DNA of 64,000 nt from contig CAYNZD010000001.1 in the NCBI GenBank assembly GCA_964401675.1, positions 12,007 to 76,006 on the forward strand, given 5' to 3'. Source of the DNA: Candidatus Woesearchaeota archaeon (lineage in GTDB: Archaea; Nanobdellota; Nanobdellia; Pacearchaeales; GW2011-AR1). The notes below the pieces were generated by a model that saw nothing but the letters and a program-made list of their open reading frames with translations, did not search any database and was not told the DNA's origin. Below are positions 1 to 8,409 of the stretch, piece after piece. The position numbers and the translations under genes were made by a program. How positions within the stretch are numbered: position 1 is the first letter of the stretch; the number at the start of each line of letters is the position of its first letter.

Positions 1-1064
1 ACAGTAATTGAAGTATTCAAGCTGAGCATTAGCATTTCGCTAAATTTTAATTTTTGGATTGGCTCGTTTTTTTCGCTTCCAAAAATTTTGTTGAATAACG
101 TATATTTTATTTTTATTTTTTCTGTAATTTCCGGCAAATTTCCTTCGCTTGAAGCTACATTGCCGGATAATGCATCGGCTTTTGTTAGAGAGGGGTCAAG
201 TTCCGTCTCGATTGCCAAACTTCCTCCGGGCGTTGCTTCAGTAATCGAGTACTCGCCTTTTTGCATTGAAACAATTTTAGATTTTACGGTTTTGTAGTGA
301 TGGTTATTTTGTTTCTTGTAGGAATAACCCGGTTTAATTTCAATCGTGTCACCTATTTTTAACACTCCTTGCTTTAGAGCTCCGCCAAGTACTCCGCCAT
401 GAAGATACTTAATCTTTATCCCGGGTTTATTGATATCAAAACTTCTGGCAACTAAGAATAGCGGCTTTTCGTTTGGACTTAGTTTTGGAATTTCTGTATT
501 GCAGAGTTCAGTCAAAATCTTGTCAATATTAATTCCTTGTGATGCGGAGATTGGAATGATTGGTGCATCTTCAGCGATTGTTCCTTTGATGAATTTTTTG
601 ATTTCTTTATAATTATTTGTCGCTTGTTCTTTCGATACGAGGTCAATTTTGTTTTGAGCGATTATTATTTTTTTAACCTTTTTTGTTTTGAGCGCGACAA
701 GATGTTCTTGGGTTTGTGGCTTGATTCCTTCATTAGCTCCAATAACTAAAATTGCTACATCCATAATTGCTGCGCCAGAAAGCATTGTTGCCATTAGCAT
801 CTCGTGACCGGGCGCATCAACAAATGTAACATATCTAATTGGTTTTCCTTTTGAATCTGCTTCCGTAGTTAAGGTTCCATTTTCATCTTTTATGATTATG
901 TCTGCATAGCCAAGCTTAATTGTAATTCCTCGCTTTAGTTCTTCGGAATGTGTATCTGTCCATTTGCCCGACAATTTTTGTAAGAGTGTCGTTTTCCCGT
1001 GGTCTATATGCCCAACTATGCCTACATTTATTGTGTCTATTTTTGAAATATCTATTTTGTCCAT
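1..1064 (-). CDS. eif2g: translation initiation factor aIF2 gamma subunit. Partial: the C-terminal part runs off the window start.
   Basis: Reverse-strand translation from the ATG (complement of 1062-1064) gives MDKIDISKIDTINVGIVGHIDHGKTTLLQKLSGKWTDTHSEELKRGITIKLGYAD. This is a GTPase P-loop plus the eIF2-gamma-specific SEELKRGITIKLGYA motif. The frame stays open to position 1. It is absent from the ORF track because it has no stop in the window. Confidence 0.8.
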   Translation of the reverse strand, partial: MDKIDISKIDTINVGIVGHIDHGKTTLLQKLSGKWTDTHSEELKRGITIKLGYADIIIKDENGTLTTEADSKGKPIRYVTFVDAPGHEMLMATMLSGAAIMDVAILVIGANEGIKPQTQEHLVALKTKKVKKIIIAQNKIDLVSKEQATNNYKEIKKFIKGTIAEDAPIIPISASQGINIDKILTELCNTEIPKLSPNEKPLFLVARSFDINKPGIKIKYLHGGVLGGALKQGVLKIGDTIEIKPGYSYKKQNNHHYKTVKSKIVSMQKGEYSITEATPGGSLAIETELDPSLTKADALSGNVASSEGNLPEITEKIKIKYTLFNKIFGSEKNEPIQKLKFSEMLMLSLNTSIT

Positions 1065-1095
1065 TATATTAATTTAAGAAAATGAGTTTAAAAGT

Positions 1096-1728
1096 TTATT
1101 CAGTCTCTGTTTTTTCTGGTGTTATCTCTTCTTCGATTGTTTCTGATGGTTGGAATATGGAATAAGTAAAATCGGCAATTCGCATGATGAATTCTATAGC
1201 TACAATAAAAATTAAATAATATGGCAAGCTGGAGACAAGGGATGGGATTTCGGAGACCCTTGAAATTAGAGTTTCGATGTCAAAAAACCCTGCGGTTGTT
1301 ATTGCGATTGCAAGAAGCGTGAATGGAAGCATTTTTGCTAAATCTTTTGACAAATTTTCGCTGATATAAGCTGTGACTCGAACTGATGCAACGAGAGCTG
1401 CCGATATTAGCAAAATTGTACTAATCTCTAATCCTTTAGCTAGTAATAAAATTAAGATTGCGAGAACGGAGAACCAAAAAAAAGTTAAGACTGGGAGCAA
1501 GATGATATATTCAATAATGTAAAAAAAGATTGCGACTATTTTTGCAACTCCAGGAGAGCTATAACGATTGTATTGATTTAAATTAAGTTTAATGATGTTT
1601 CTTTTCGCGAGAATTCGATAGAAATAAAATGCGAAAATAGAGTAGATAATAATTACTGCTGTAAAAATAATTAGAGTTAAAATTAAATTGGCTTCGTTCG
1701 CGAAGAAGTTTGTTAAATTTTCTATCAT
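1096..1728 (-). CDS. hypothetical polytopic membrane protein
   Basis: 210-aa ORF that is highly hydrophobic with multiple predicted TM helices. No recognisable motif. Confidence 0.45.
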   Translation of the reverse strand: MIENLTNFFANEANLILTLIIFTAVIIIYSIFAFYFYRILAKRNIIKLNLNQYNRYSSPGVAKIVAIFFYIIEYIILLPVLTFFWFSVLAILILLLAKGLEISTILLISAALVASVRVTAYISENLSKDLAKMLPFTLLAIAITTAGFFDIETLISRVSEIPSLVSSLPYYLIFIVAIEFIMRIADFTYSIFQPSETIEEEITPEKTETE

Positions 1729-1822
1729 TATATCACCCTATAGTATAATAACGGGAAGAGTTTATAAGAGTTTGTGAAATTAGTTCAATAAGATTTATAA
1801 GTTTGAAATTTTTTTATATTTG

Positions 1823-2590
1823 ATGGTAACATATTCTCATTCGCGACTGGCTACCTTTGAGCAATGCCCGTTTAAATTTAAGCTCAGGTATATTGACAAA
1901 GTTGTTCCAGAAATAGAAAATACAATTGAATCTTATTTGGGGAGCATAGTTCATAATACTTTAGAGTGGGTTTATATTGAAACAAAAAAAGAGAAAGTGC
2001 CGACAATAGATGACACGATTGTTTATTACGCGGAAAGTTGGGAAAAAGGATTTAGTTTGGAAATAAAAATTGTGAAAAAAAATTTGACAGCGAAAGATTA
2101 TTTTGAGAAAGGAGTCAAATTTCTTTTAGATTATTATGTGAGACACGCGCCTTTTAACGATAATACTTTGGAGATTGAAAAAAGAATAAGTATTAAATTA
2201 AATGAGGATAGCAACCTTCAAGGTTTTATTGATAGATTGACTTATAATTCTGAAGCTGGAGAATATGAAATACACGATTATAAAACTGCAGCGAATTTGC
2301 CTACAAAGGAAAAGATAGAATCAGATAGACAGTTGGCCTTGTATTCAATTGCCATTAAGGAAAAATTTGGATTTGATAAAGAAGTTGTTTTGATTTGGCA
2401 TTATTTGGCACATGATATGGACATAGTTTCTAGAAGAACAAATGAGCAACTGGAACAATTAAAGAAAGATATAATTCATCTTATTAAACAGATTGAGACA
2501 GAAACGGATTTCCCCTACAGAGAATCTGCTCTTTGTGGATGGTGTGAATATAAAAATACGTGCTTGGAATGTAGAAGGGATAGTAATTAA
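1823..2590 (+). CDS. PD-(D/E)XK nuclease of the Cas4/RecB family, a putative Fe-S exonuclease
   Basis: The track ORF starts at TTG 1820, with an ATG at 1823. The N-terminus reads YSHSRLATFEQCPFKF and includes an N-terminal Cys. Nuclease motifs GFIDRL and EIHDYKTA are present. The C-terminal Cys cluster CGWCEYKNTCLEC resembles the 4-Cys Fe-S arrangement of Cas4 (DUF83). Confidence 0.65.
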   Translation: MVTYSHSRLATFEQCPFKFKLRYIDKVVPEIENTIESYLGSIVHNTLEWVYIETKKEKVPTIDDTIVYYAESWEKGFSLEIKIVKKNLTAKDYFEKGVKFLLDYYVRHAPFNDNTLEIEKRISIKLNEDSNLQGFIDRLTYNSEAGEYEIHDYKTAANLPTKEKIESDRQLALYSIAIKEKFGFDKEVVLIWHYLAHDMDIVSRRTNEQLEQLKKDIIHLIKQIETETDFPYRESALCGWCEYKNTCLECRRDSN

Positions 2591-2593
2591 AGA

Positions 2594-3031
2594 TTATTCC
2601 TTCGCTGGAGTTTCTTCTACTGGGGCTTCTTCTGGTTTTTCGAAAAGGGTTTCGAATTTTTTAGAACCTTCTTTTAGAACTTTTGTATTAATTTGAACTG
2701 TGTCAAGAGAGATTTCTTTTCCTCGGACTGTTTTTCTCAATCGAAGTCCTTTTGGTCTTTTATTGACTTTCTTTTCTCCCTTTGGTTTTTTTCGCATACC
2801 TTTTCCGTAGCCGAGTAAAGCTTTGTGTAAATTTGGGCCATCTAGATTTGACATTCCGGTAAAACCTGATTTATCAGAAGTTCCAGTTATTTCTATTTCG
2901 TAACCTGCTAATTCTTCCGAAATTTCTTTTCCATCTATTTTGTCGCCGATTGAATGACCAGCTAAGTTTTCATTCTCGGTCTCGAGTTTGAAAGTCTTTC
3001 CATTGTGCGCTACATTTATTTTGAATGCCAT
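2594..3031 (-). CDS. rps6e: 30S ribosomal protein S6e
   Basis: MAFKINVAHNGKTFKLE... GFTGMSNLDGP... basic C-terminal tail, which matches the S6e family. The track ORF extends to 3055 (MTLGNTIK-). The internal ATG at 3031 fits S6e N-termini better. Confidence 0.8.
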   Translation of the reverse strand: MAFKINVAHNGKTFKLETENENLAGHSIGDKIDGKEISEELAGYEIEITGTSDKSGFTGMSNLDGPNLHKALLGYGKGMRKKPKGEKKVNKRPKGLRLRKTVRGKEISLDTVQINTKVLKEGSKKFETLFEKPEEAPVEETPAKE

Positions 3032-3131
3032 TTTTATAGTATTTCCGAGGGTCATTGACGTTTAGCCTTTCCTCAGCTTATAATTGTAATAGTAATTAGA
3101 AATTTGGGTTTTTAAAGTTTGGGGATGTAAA

Positions 3132-3139
3132 TTTATAAA
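3132..3139 (+). promoter_or_regulatory. TATA box (tttataaa) about 25 nt upstream of the HAD gene ATG, consistent with a leaderless transcript
   Basis: An archaeal TATA-like octamer at the typical distance from the ATG at 3161, with no Shine-Dalgarno sequence. Confidence 0.4.
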
Positions 3140-3160
3140 CTTATTATTATCTGTTATGTA

Positions 3161-3757
3161 ATGAAAGCAGTCATTTTTGATTTTGATGGAGTTATTCACA
3201 ATACATTGAATTTAGCCTATGGGATTAACAAAGAGATGTTTGGCAATAATCTTTCGCTAGAAAAATATAAGGATATTTTTAACGGAAATATCTATAAACA
3301 TGAAGCTATAACGGAGGAGGCGTCTAATAAATTTTTTGAATTACAAAAAAAAGAATTTGATAATTTAAGGATTGAAGAAAGTATAAAAAAAGAATTATTA
3401 AAATTAAAAGATAAGTATATGCTGTTTATAATTTCATCTAACAAAGAAGATACTTTGAATATTTATCTTAAAAATAATAATATTTTAAATATATTTGATA
3501 GGGTTTTGGGAGTTGAAACACATAAATCTAAGATTGAAAAATTTAAAATTCTTTTCGAAGAATATAATTTCGATAAAGGTAATTGTATATTTGTGACGGA
3601 TACATTGGGAGATATATTGGAAGCAAATAAACTCGGGGTTAATACAATAGCAGTAGATTTTGGTTTTCACGAAAGAAGTAGATTGGAAAAAGGATTTCCC
3701 AAAAAAATAATTTCAAACTTTGATGAAATTTTTTCATATGTTGAAAATTTAAATTAA
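3161..3757 (+). CDS. HAD-superfamily hydrolase (phosphatase or beta-phosphoglucomutase-like)
   Basis: N-terminal motif I VIFDFDGVI (DxDG), followed by downstream HAD motifs. Confidence 0.7.
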   Translation: MKAVIFDFDGVIHNTLNLAYGINKEMFGNNLSLEKYKDIFNGNIYKHEAITEEASNKFFELQKKEFDNLRIEESIKKELLKLKDKYMLFIISSNKEDTLNIYLKNNNILNIFDRVLGVETHKSKIEKFKILFEEYNFDKGNCIFVTDTLGDILEANKLGVNTIAVDFGFHERSRLEKGFPKKIISNFDEIFSYVENLN

Positions 3758-5490
3758 ATCCCCCAAGTTGGACTTTCTCTTCTTTTAACTTGAGCTATTT
3801 CTTGTAAGATAGATTTTTCTTCAGAAGATAGTAAATTTTTGTGTTCTTTGAATTGTCTGAATTGGGTTTCTGATAAGTTTGTGTAAAGTGATTCGCCGAT
3901 GGTGATTTGTCTTTCAAAATTGAGTCCGGGGATTGAGATTGCGACTTCTTTTCCTTTCGATGCTTCCTGAACCGTATTTTTATCTTCCTGAATTTCTTTT
4001 ATCTGTCCAATTTTCACATCATCTTTATTTATGAATCGCTCTCTTTTTCTCAGTATACCGCCATCTACGACGACTCCAAAAACTGCGGGAGAGGAATTTC
4101 GGAAAACAAAATCAAGCACGGTTATTTTTGAAATGGTCGGAAGCTCGTCTAATTTTCTTCTTTCAATATCTTTCAACTTCTGGGCTTTCCATTCTTCCAA
4201 GTCTTCAATTAATTTATAGACAACGGGGTTAGTCAGAATTTTTACATTTTTCAATTCGTCAACTTTGGCTTCGTCCACGAGTTCAACATTGAAACCCAAA
4301 ATTATTTTGTCTTCTTCGGGAAGTGTGTTTGCCAAATAAACATCTTTTTTTGAGATTGGTCCGATGCCAGCTTTGATTATTGGAATTTGTTTTTGTTTCA
4401 AGAGAACTAAAAGTGCTTCAAGTGAGCCCAGCGAGTCGGCCTTTACTACAATTCCATATTCTTCCGTTTGAATTTCTTCCGATATTTCTTCCGCAAATTC
4501 TTCCGTGATTTTTTCAAGAGTGTTTTCTTTGGTGATGACTTGAAAGGGCATGCCCGGCAAAATTTCTTCTTTGGATACTATTTGCAATTGGATTCCTGTC
4601 GCAGCTTCCACTTCTTGTTTCGTTTCGTAGCCTTTGTTTAGAGGACGGATTTCTTGAATATTTCTGATTTTTGTTTGGATTGAACCATCGAAAGATGCAA
4701 TTGCGATTTCGTCTTTGCTTGTCAGCTTGCCGTCATAAAGAATGCATTCAAGGAAATTCATTGCCTTGTCTTTTTTGACTTCAAGAATAACTCCCTTACC
4801 AAGTTCTCTAGTTTGTATTCTTTCTTTCAGAAATTTTTGAGAGAGTGCAGTTATCATCGCAAGAATTTCTGTCATTCCTTCTCCTGTTTTTGCTGAACAG
4901 GGAACTATTGCTACCGATTTTGTGAAGTCTTCAATCTTGGAATAGATTTCTGCAGTTATTCCGTGAGAATGGAGTGCTCCTATTATTGTGTAAAATTTTT
5001 CATCAAAGTTTTCTTTGACATTGGTTGCTTGATTTTCGATTGAGTCTAAAGAAAGAAAAGATTCGGAAGTTTTCCATCCAGAAATATTGTCTATTTTATT
5101 TAGTGCGATTATAAAAGGAGTTTTGTTTGCCTTAAGAATTTGTAGGACTTCGGCAGTTTGGGGCTTGATTCCATCGTTAATATCAATTACCAATATCGCA
5201 ATGTCTGCTAGTGAACCACCTCGTTTTCGAATATTTGTAAATGCCGCGTGACCGGGAGTGTCGATAAAAAGCAAACCAGGTATCTCAAGTGGGATTTTAA
5301 ATTTCTCAAGAACATGGCTAGCTCGTTTTCTAATATTTTCTTTTGGCAAAGTTGTAAATGAAATTTTTTGAGTAATTCCTCCCGCTTCTCCTTCTTGAAC
5401 AGAAGTTCCTCTAATTTCATCTAATATTGATGTCTTTCCGTGATCAACATGACCCGCTATTGTCACAATTGGTTGTCGTATTTTTGTCAT
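3754..5490 (-). CDS. infB: translation initiation factor aIF5B (IF-2)
   Basis: MTKIRQPIVTIAGHVDHGKTSILDEIRG... DTPGHAAF... NKID. These are translational GTPase G1-G4 motifs in a 578-aa protein typical of aIF5B. Confidence 0.9.
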   Translation of the reverse strand: MTKIRQPIVTIAGHVDHGKTSILDEIRGTSVQEGEAGGITQKISFTTLPKENIRKRASHVLEKFKIPLEIPGLLFIDTPGHAAFTNIRKRGGSLADIAILVIDINDGIKPQTAEVLQILKANKTPFIIALNKIDNISGWKTSESFLSLDSIENQATNVKENFDEKFYTIIGALHSHGITAEIYSKIEDFTKSVAIVPCSAKTGEGMTEILAMITALSQKFLKERIQTRELGKGVILEVKKDKAMNFLECILYDGKLTSKDEIAIASFDGSIQTKIRNIQEIRPLNKGYETKQEVEAATGIQLQIVSKEEILPGMPFQVITKENTLEKITEEFAEEISEEIQTEEYGIVVKADSLGSLEALLVLLKQKQIPIIKAGIGPISKKDVYLANTLPEEDKIILGFNVELVDEAKVDELKNVKILTNPVVYKLIEDLEEWKAQKLKDIERRKLDELPTISKITVLDFVFRNSSPAVFGVVVDGGILRKRERFINKDDVKIGQIKEIQEDKNTVQEASKGKEVAISIPGLNFERQITIGESLYTNLSETQFRQFKEHKNLLSSEEKSILQEIAQVKRRESPTWGI

Positions 5491-5563
5491 AAAGAAAAGA
5501 GTTATGGAGAATTTTTAAATGTTGGTTTGAGAGGTTTATAGTCATTTTCTAATAACAACAAAT

Positions 5564-5571
5564 TTTATAAA
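5564..5571 (+). promoter_or_regulatory. TATA box (tttataaa) about 26 nt upstream of the ATG at 5594
   Basis: Spacing is typical for a leaderless archaeal gene. Confidence 0.35.
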
Positions 5572-5593
5572 CAAGGTTTTGCAGATTGTTTCC

Positions 5594-6943
5594 ATGCCAG
5601 ACGATAGAAGAAAAAATGCATATAGAGATTTGATGCGTATTGGAGATTCCGTCTTGAAAAAATACATACCTTCTTTTGAGTCTCTTCTTCTTTCCGAGAG
5701 AGAAGAAGGATTGAGGATTCTTGTTTCAGATACTTTTGCAGAAGGCAAAGTCAAGGAAACTCTTAGCGGCAATGGAGATGGCTATGTGATTGAAGTAAGT
5801 GAAGATAAGTATGCAGAATTATATCCTCAAAAACAAGAGGAAATGTTTAAGAGAGGGAATGAAGTTGCAAAAATTAGCAAAGAAGAAGAAGGGGTTGGCT
5901 CTTTACCCTATGTTAAGGGAAAAGCCTTTATTCTTCATGATGGAAATATAGAAACTATTCGAGAAATGCAAGGGCTTCTCGAAAAGATTTCTGCAGGAAA
6001 TAAGCCAGAAAAACCTATCCTTTTTTTTGGGGCAAATGGTGCTGGAAAAACTGCTTCGATGTCTTATTTAGGATGGGAAGGATTGAGTCTCAAACAAAGA
6101 GTTTCTTATACAGATATAGATAGCTGGGCCAAATATAATTATAAACATAAAGGTGAAAAAGACGAACCTTCTCTTGAGAGTGTGAGAAGATCTAATGTTG
6201 GAATTGTAGACTCGGTACATAAGGTGTTTTATGGAGAAACTTATAGAACCAAATGTGGAGAAGATTTATGTTTGTTGCTTGATAAAAATTTGAAAGATCC
6301 TAAACAGCAGATTTTTTTATCTATTACTGAACCATCAGAGGAAGATTTAGAGAATTTTTTAAATAAATTATCTAAAAAAAATCCTGATTTGTCAAGTAGA
6401 ATTGGAGGGATAAGAAGAATAAATGTTCCTGTACTGGGAAATGATAAAGAAGAATTTTTAAGGGAGTTCGTAAAACATAAAGAAATCAGTTCTCAATATG
6501 TGAAGGAGGTTGTTGAAAGAGCTAGTGATACCTTGAGAGAAGAAGACTCTTTTAGGATAATTACAAGAAAAGTAAATGAGGCGTATAGGAAGGTAAGTAG
6601 AAACAATAGAATGGCAACCAATCAAAGAGTTTTATTCAAAGGTAGAAGTATAGATCCAATTTTAGACATTATGGAAGCAGAAGGAGAGATGAGCAAAGAA
6701 GATATTGTGGGATTTAAGCTTCTTACTATGGAAGCTCAACGATATAGAAGTTTTGCTGTTTTGTTTGCTACAGAAGAATTAGGATTACCAATTTCAGAAA
6801 TTGCTCCTCAATTTGGAGGCAGAACTCCTAAAGAAATTAAGGAATTGGCAAAATATGCTATAAAAACACTAGAAGAGAAAGATGTTAAAGGAGTTATGGA
6901 AGGGCTAAGGCAAAGATATACAGGAATTAAGACAAAGGCTTAA
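5594..6943 (+). CDS. hypothetical P-loop NTPase with a C-terminal HTH-like region
   Basis: The track ORF starts at TTG 5579, and the first ATG is at 5594 (MPDDRRK). A Walker-A-like motif ILFFGANGAGKTAS is present. The C-terminus RSFAVLFATEELGLPISEIAPQFGGRTPKEIKEL looks like a sigma-70 region 4 or HTH. No family is recognised. Confidence 0.45.
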   Translation: MPDDRRKNAYRDLMRIGDSVLKKYIPSFESLLLSEREEGLRILVSDTFAEGKVKETLSGNGDGYVIEVSEDKYAELYPQKQEEMFKRGNEVAKISKEEEGVGSLPYVKGKAFILHDGNIETIREMQGLLEKISAGNKPEKPILFFGANGAGKTASMSYLGWEGLSLKQRVSYTDIDSWAKYNYKHKGEKDEPSLESVRRSNVGIVDSVHKVFYGETYRTKCGEDLCLLLDKNLKDPKQQIFLSITEPSEEDLENFLNKLSKKNPDLSSRIGGIRRINVPVLGNDKEEFLREFVKHKEISSQYVKEVVERASDTLREEDSFRIITRKVNEAYRKVSRNNRMATNQRVLFKGRSIDPILDIMEAEGEMSKEDIVGFKLLTMEAQRYRSFAVLFATEELGLPISEIAPQFGGRTPKEIKELAKYAIKTLEEKDVKGVMEGLRQRYTGIKTKA

Positions 6944-6974
6944 TATTTAAATAATCAAACATATTTATTATTTT

Positions 6975-7244
6975 ATGAATTATACTATTGCCAATTTGGA
7001 AAAAGATTATGAATTAGAACTTGAACAGATTGTTAGCGAAATAAAAAAACAGAAAGCGAAAAAAGTTTTATTACAATTGCCTGATGGATTGAAGCCGTGG
7101 GGATTGGTAATTAGTGATTATTTGGAAGAAAAGGCAAATGCGAAAATTAGCATTTGGCTTGGAAGTTGTTTTGGAGCTTGTGATTTACCAGATACAGATG
7201 CCGATTTAATTATTCAATTTGGACACGCGCCGTGGTTAAAATGA
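6975..7244 (+). CDS. Dph2-like (diphthamide synthesis) N-terminal fragment. 89 codons, truncated relative to ~330-aa homologs.
   Basis: ...KKVLLQLPDGLKPWGLVISDYLEE...IWLGSCFGACDLPDTDADLIIQFGHAP matches the Dph2 N-terminal domain, including the Cys-containing CFGACD motif. The stop TGA at 7242-7244 overlaps the ATG of the next gene (ATGA). Confidence 0.55.
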   Translation: MNYTIANLEKDYELELEQIVSEIKKQKAKKVLLQLPDGLKPWGLVISDYLEEKANAKISIWLGSCFGACDLPDTDADLIIQFGHAPWLK

Positions 7245-8287
7245 AATACGATGTTTTATCGAGTCCTCGTAGTATCTATAAAAAAATGCTTTCAGATATC
7301 AGAAGTGCAAAAAGAGAGATACTTCTAGAGACCTATATTTATGGTAAAAACGCTGTAGGCAGGGAATTTAGAGAAGCACTTATAAAAAAAGCATTGAAGG
7401 GAGTTAAAGTCAAACTTCTGATTGATTCTTGGGGCTCTGGAGTTAAGAAAATTTTTTTCAAGAAACTAATTGATGCAGGAGGAGAAGTAAGATTTTTCAG
7501 AGAGCTTCGTTATGCCTTCCATTTTATTAATATAAATCATGAAAGAAACCATAGGAAGCTTTTGGTGATTGATGAAAATATTTCTTATATAGGTTCAATC
7601 AATATTACTAGTTTTTGTTTGGATTGGGAAGAATTAGTTTTGAGAATTGAGGGATCTTTGGCGCGAGTTCTTAAATTTTCATTTAGAAAATCTTGGAAGC
7701 GATTTAATTTGTGGGAGTCTCGAAAAATTAAAAATATTTTTCATGAAGGAGTAGAGATTATACAAGATTTTCCTTCAATGAAATATAGCTTTACTGAAAG
7801 AAGTTATAAAAAATTAATAAGGAAAGCAAAAAGGGAAATTTTTATTGAAAATCCTTTCCTTGTTCCTTCGATTGGCATTAGGAAGGCTTTCAAAAAAGCG
7901 TTAGCTCGTGGGGTCAAAATTAAAATGATTATTCCTAAGGTTTCGGATGTGAAATTGCTTGATATTTTTCGTGAGAGATATACTGGGAAACTTAATAAGA
8001 TGGGATTCGAAATTTATCATTTTCCAAGGATTTTGCATTCAAAATTACTAATTGTAGATGATGATTTCTTTTTACTGGGTTCTTCAAATTTGGATTATCG
8101 TAGTTTTAAGTATCAATATGAGATTAATTTGCTTGGAAAAAATGAAGCAATCGTTGATTCTTTGAAAAAAATTTTTTACAAAAATTTACGGAAATCTAAA
8201 ACATTTAATTATGTTCAGTGGGAAAATCGAGGAATTCCTAGAAGATTACTCGAAAGAATGATTAAGCCTTTTAAGAGATATTTATAG
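7241..8287 (+). CDS. phospholipase D / cardiolipin-synthase-like protein with two HKD motifs
   Basis: HRKLLVIDENISYIGSINI and HSKLLIVDDDFFLLGSSNLDYRS are two HxKx4D PLD catalytic motifs. The track ORF begins at GTG 7232, and the ATG is at 7241. Confidence 0.75.
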   Translation: MKYDVLSSPRSIYKKMLSDIRSAKREILLETYIYGKNAVGREFREALIKKALKGVKVKLLIDSWGSGVKKIFFKKLIDAGGEVRFFRELRYAFHFININHERNHRKLLVIDENISYIGSINITSFCLDWEELVLRIEGSLARVLKFSFRKSWKRFNLWESRKIKNIFHEGVEIIQDFPSMKYSFTERSYKKLIRKAKREIFIENPFLVPSIGIRKAFKKALARGVKIKMIIPKVSDVKLLDIFRERYTGKLNKMGFEIYHFPRILHSKLLIVDDDFFLLGSSNLDYRSFKYQYEINLLGKNEAIVDSLKKIFYKNLRKSKTFNYVQWENRGIPRRLLERMIKPFKRYL

Positions 8288-8409
8288 AATATTACTTAGT
8301 AAGAATATCAAAAGTGATTTTTTATAGTGATTCAATCTGATATGTGTCCTGAAGGTAGAAAATGTTTCAAAACATAAATATTTATAAGAGGAGATGATTT
8401 TTTTTATTT

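Noticed and set aside
88-612. Plus-strand ORFs 88-297 and 430-612
   Set aside because: They lie inside the minus-strand aIF2-gamma gene, which has unambiguous GTPase motifs, so they are antisense artefacts.
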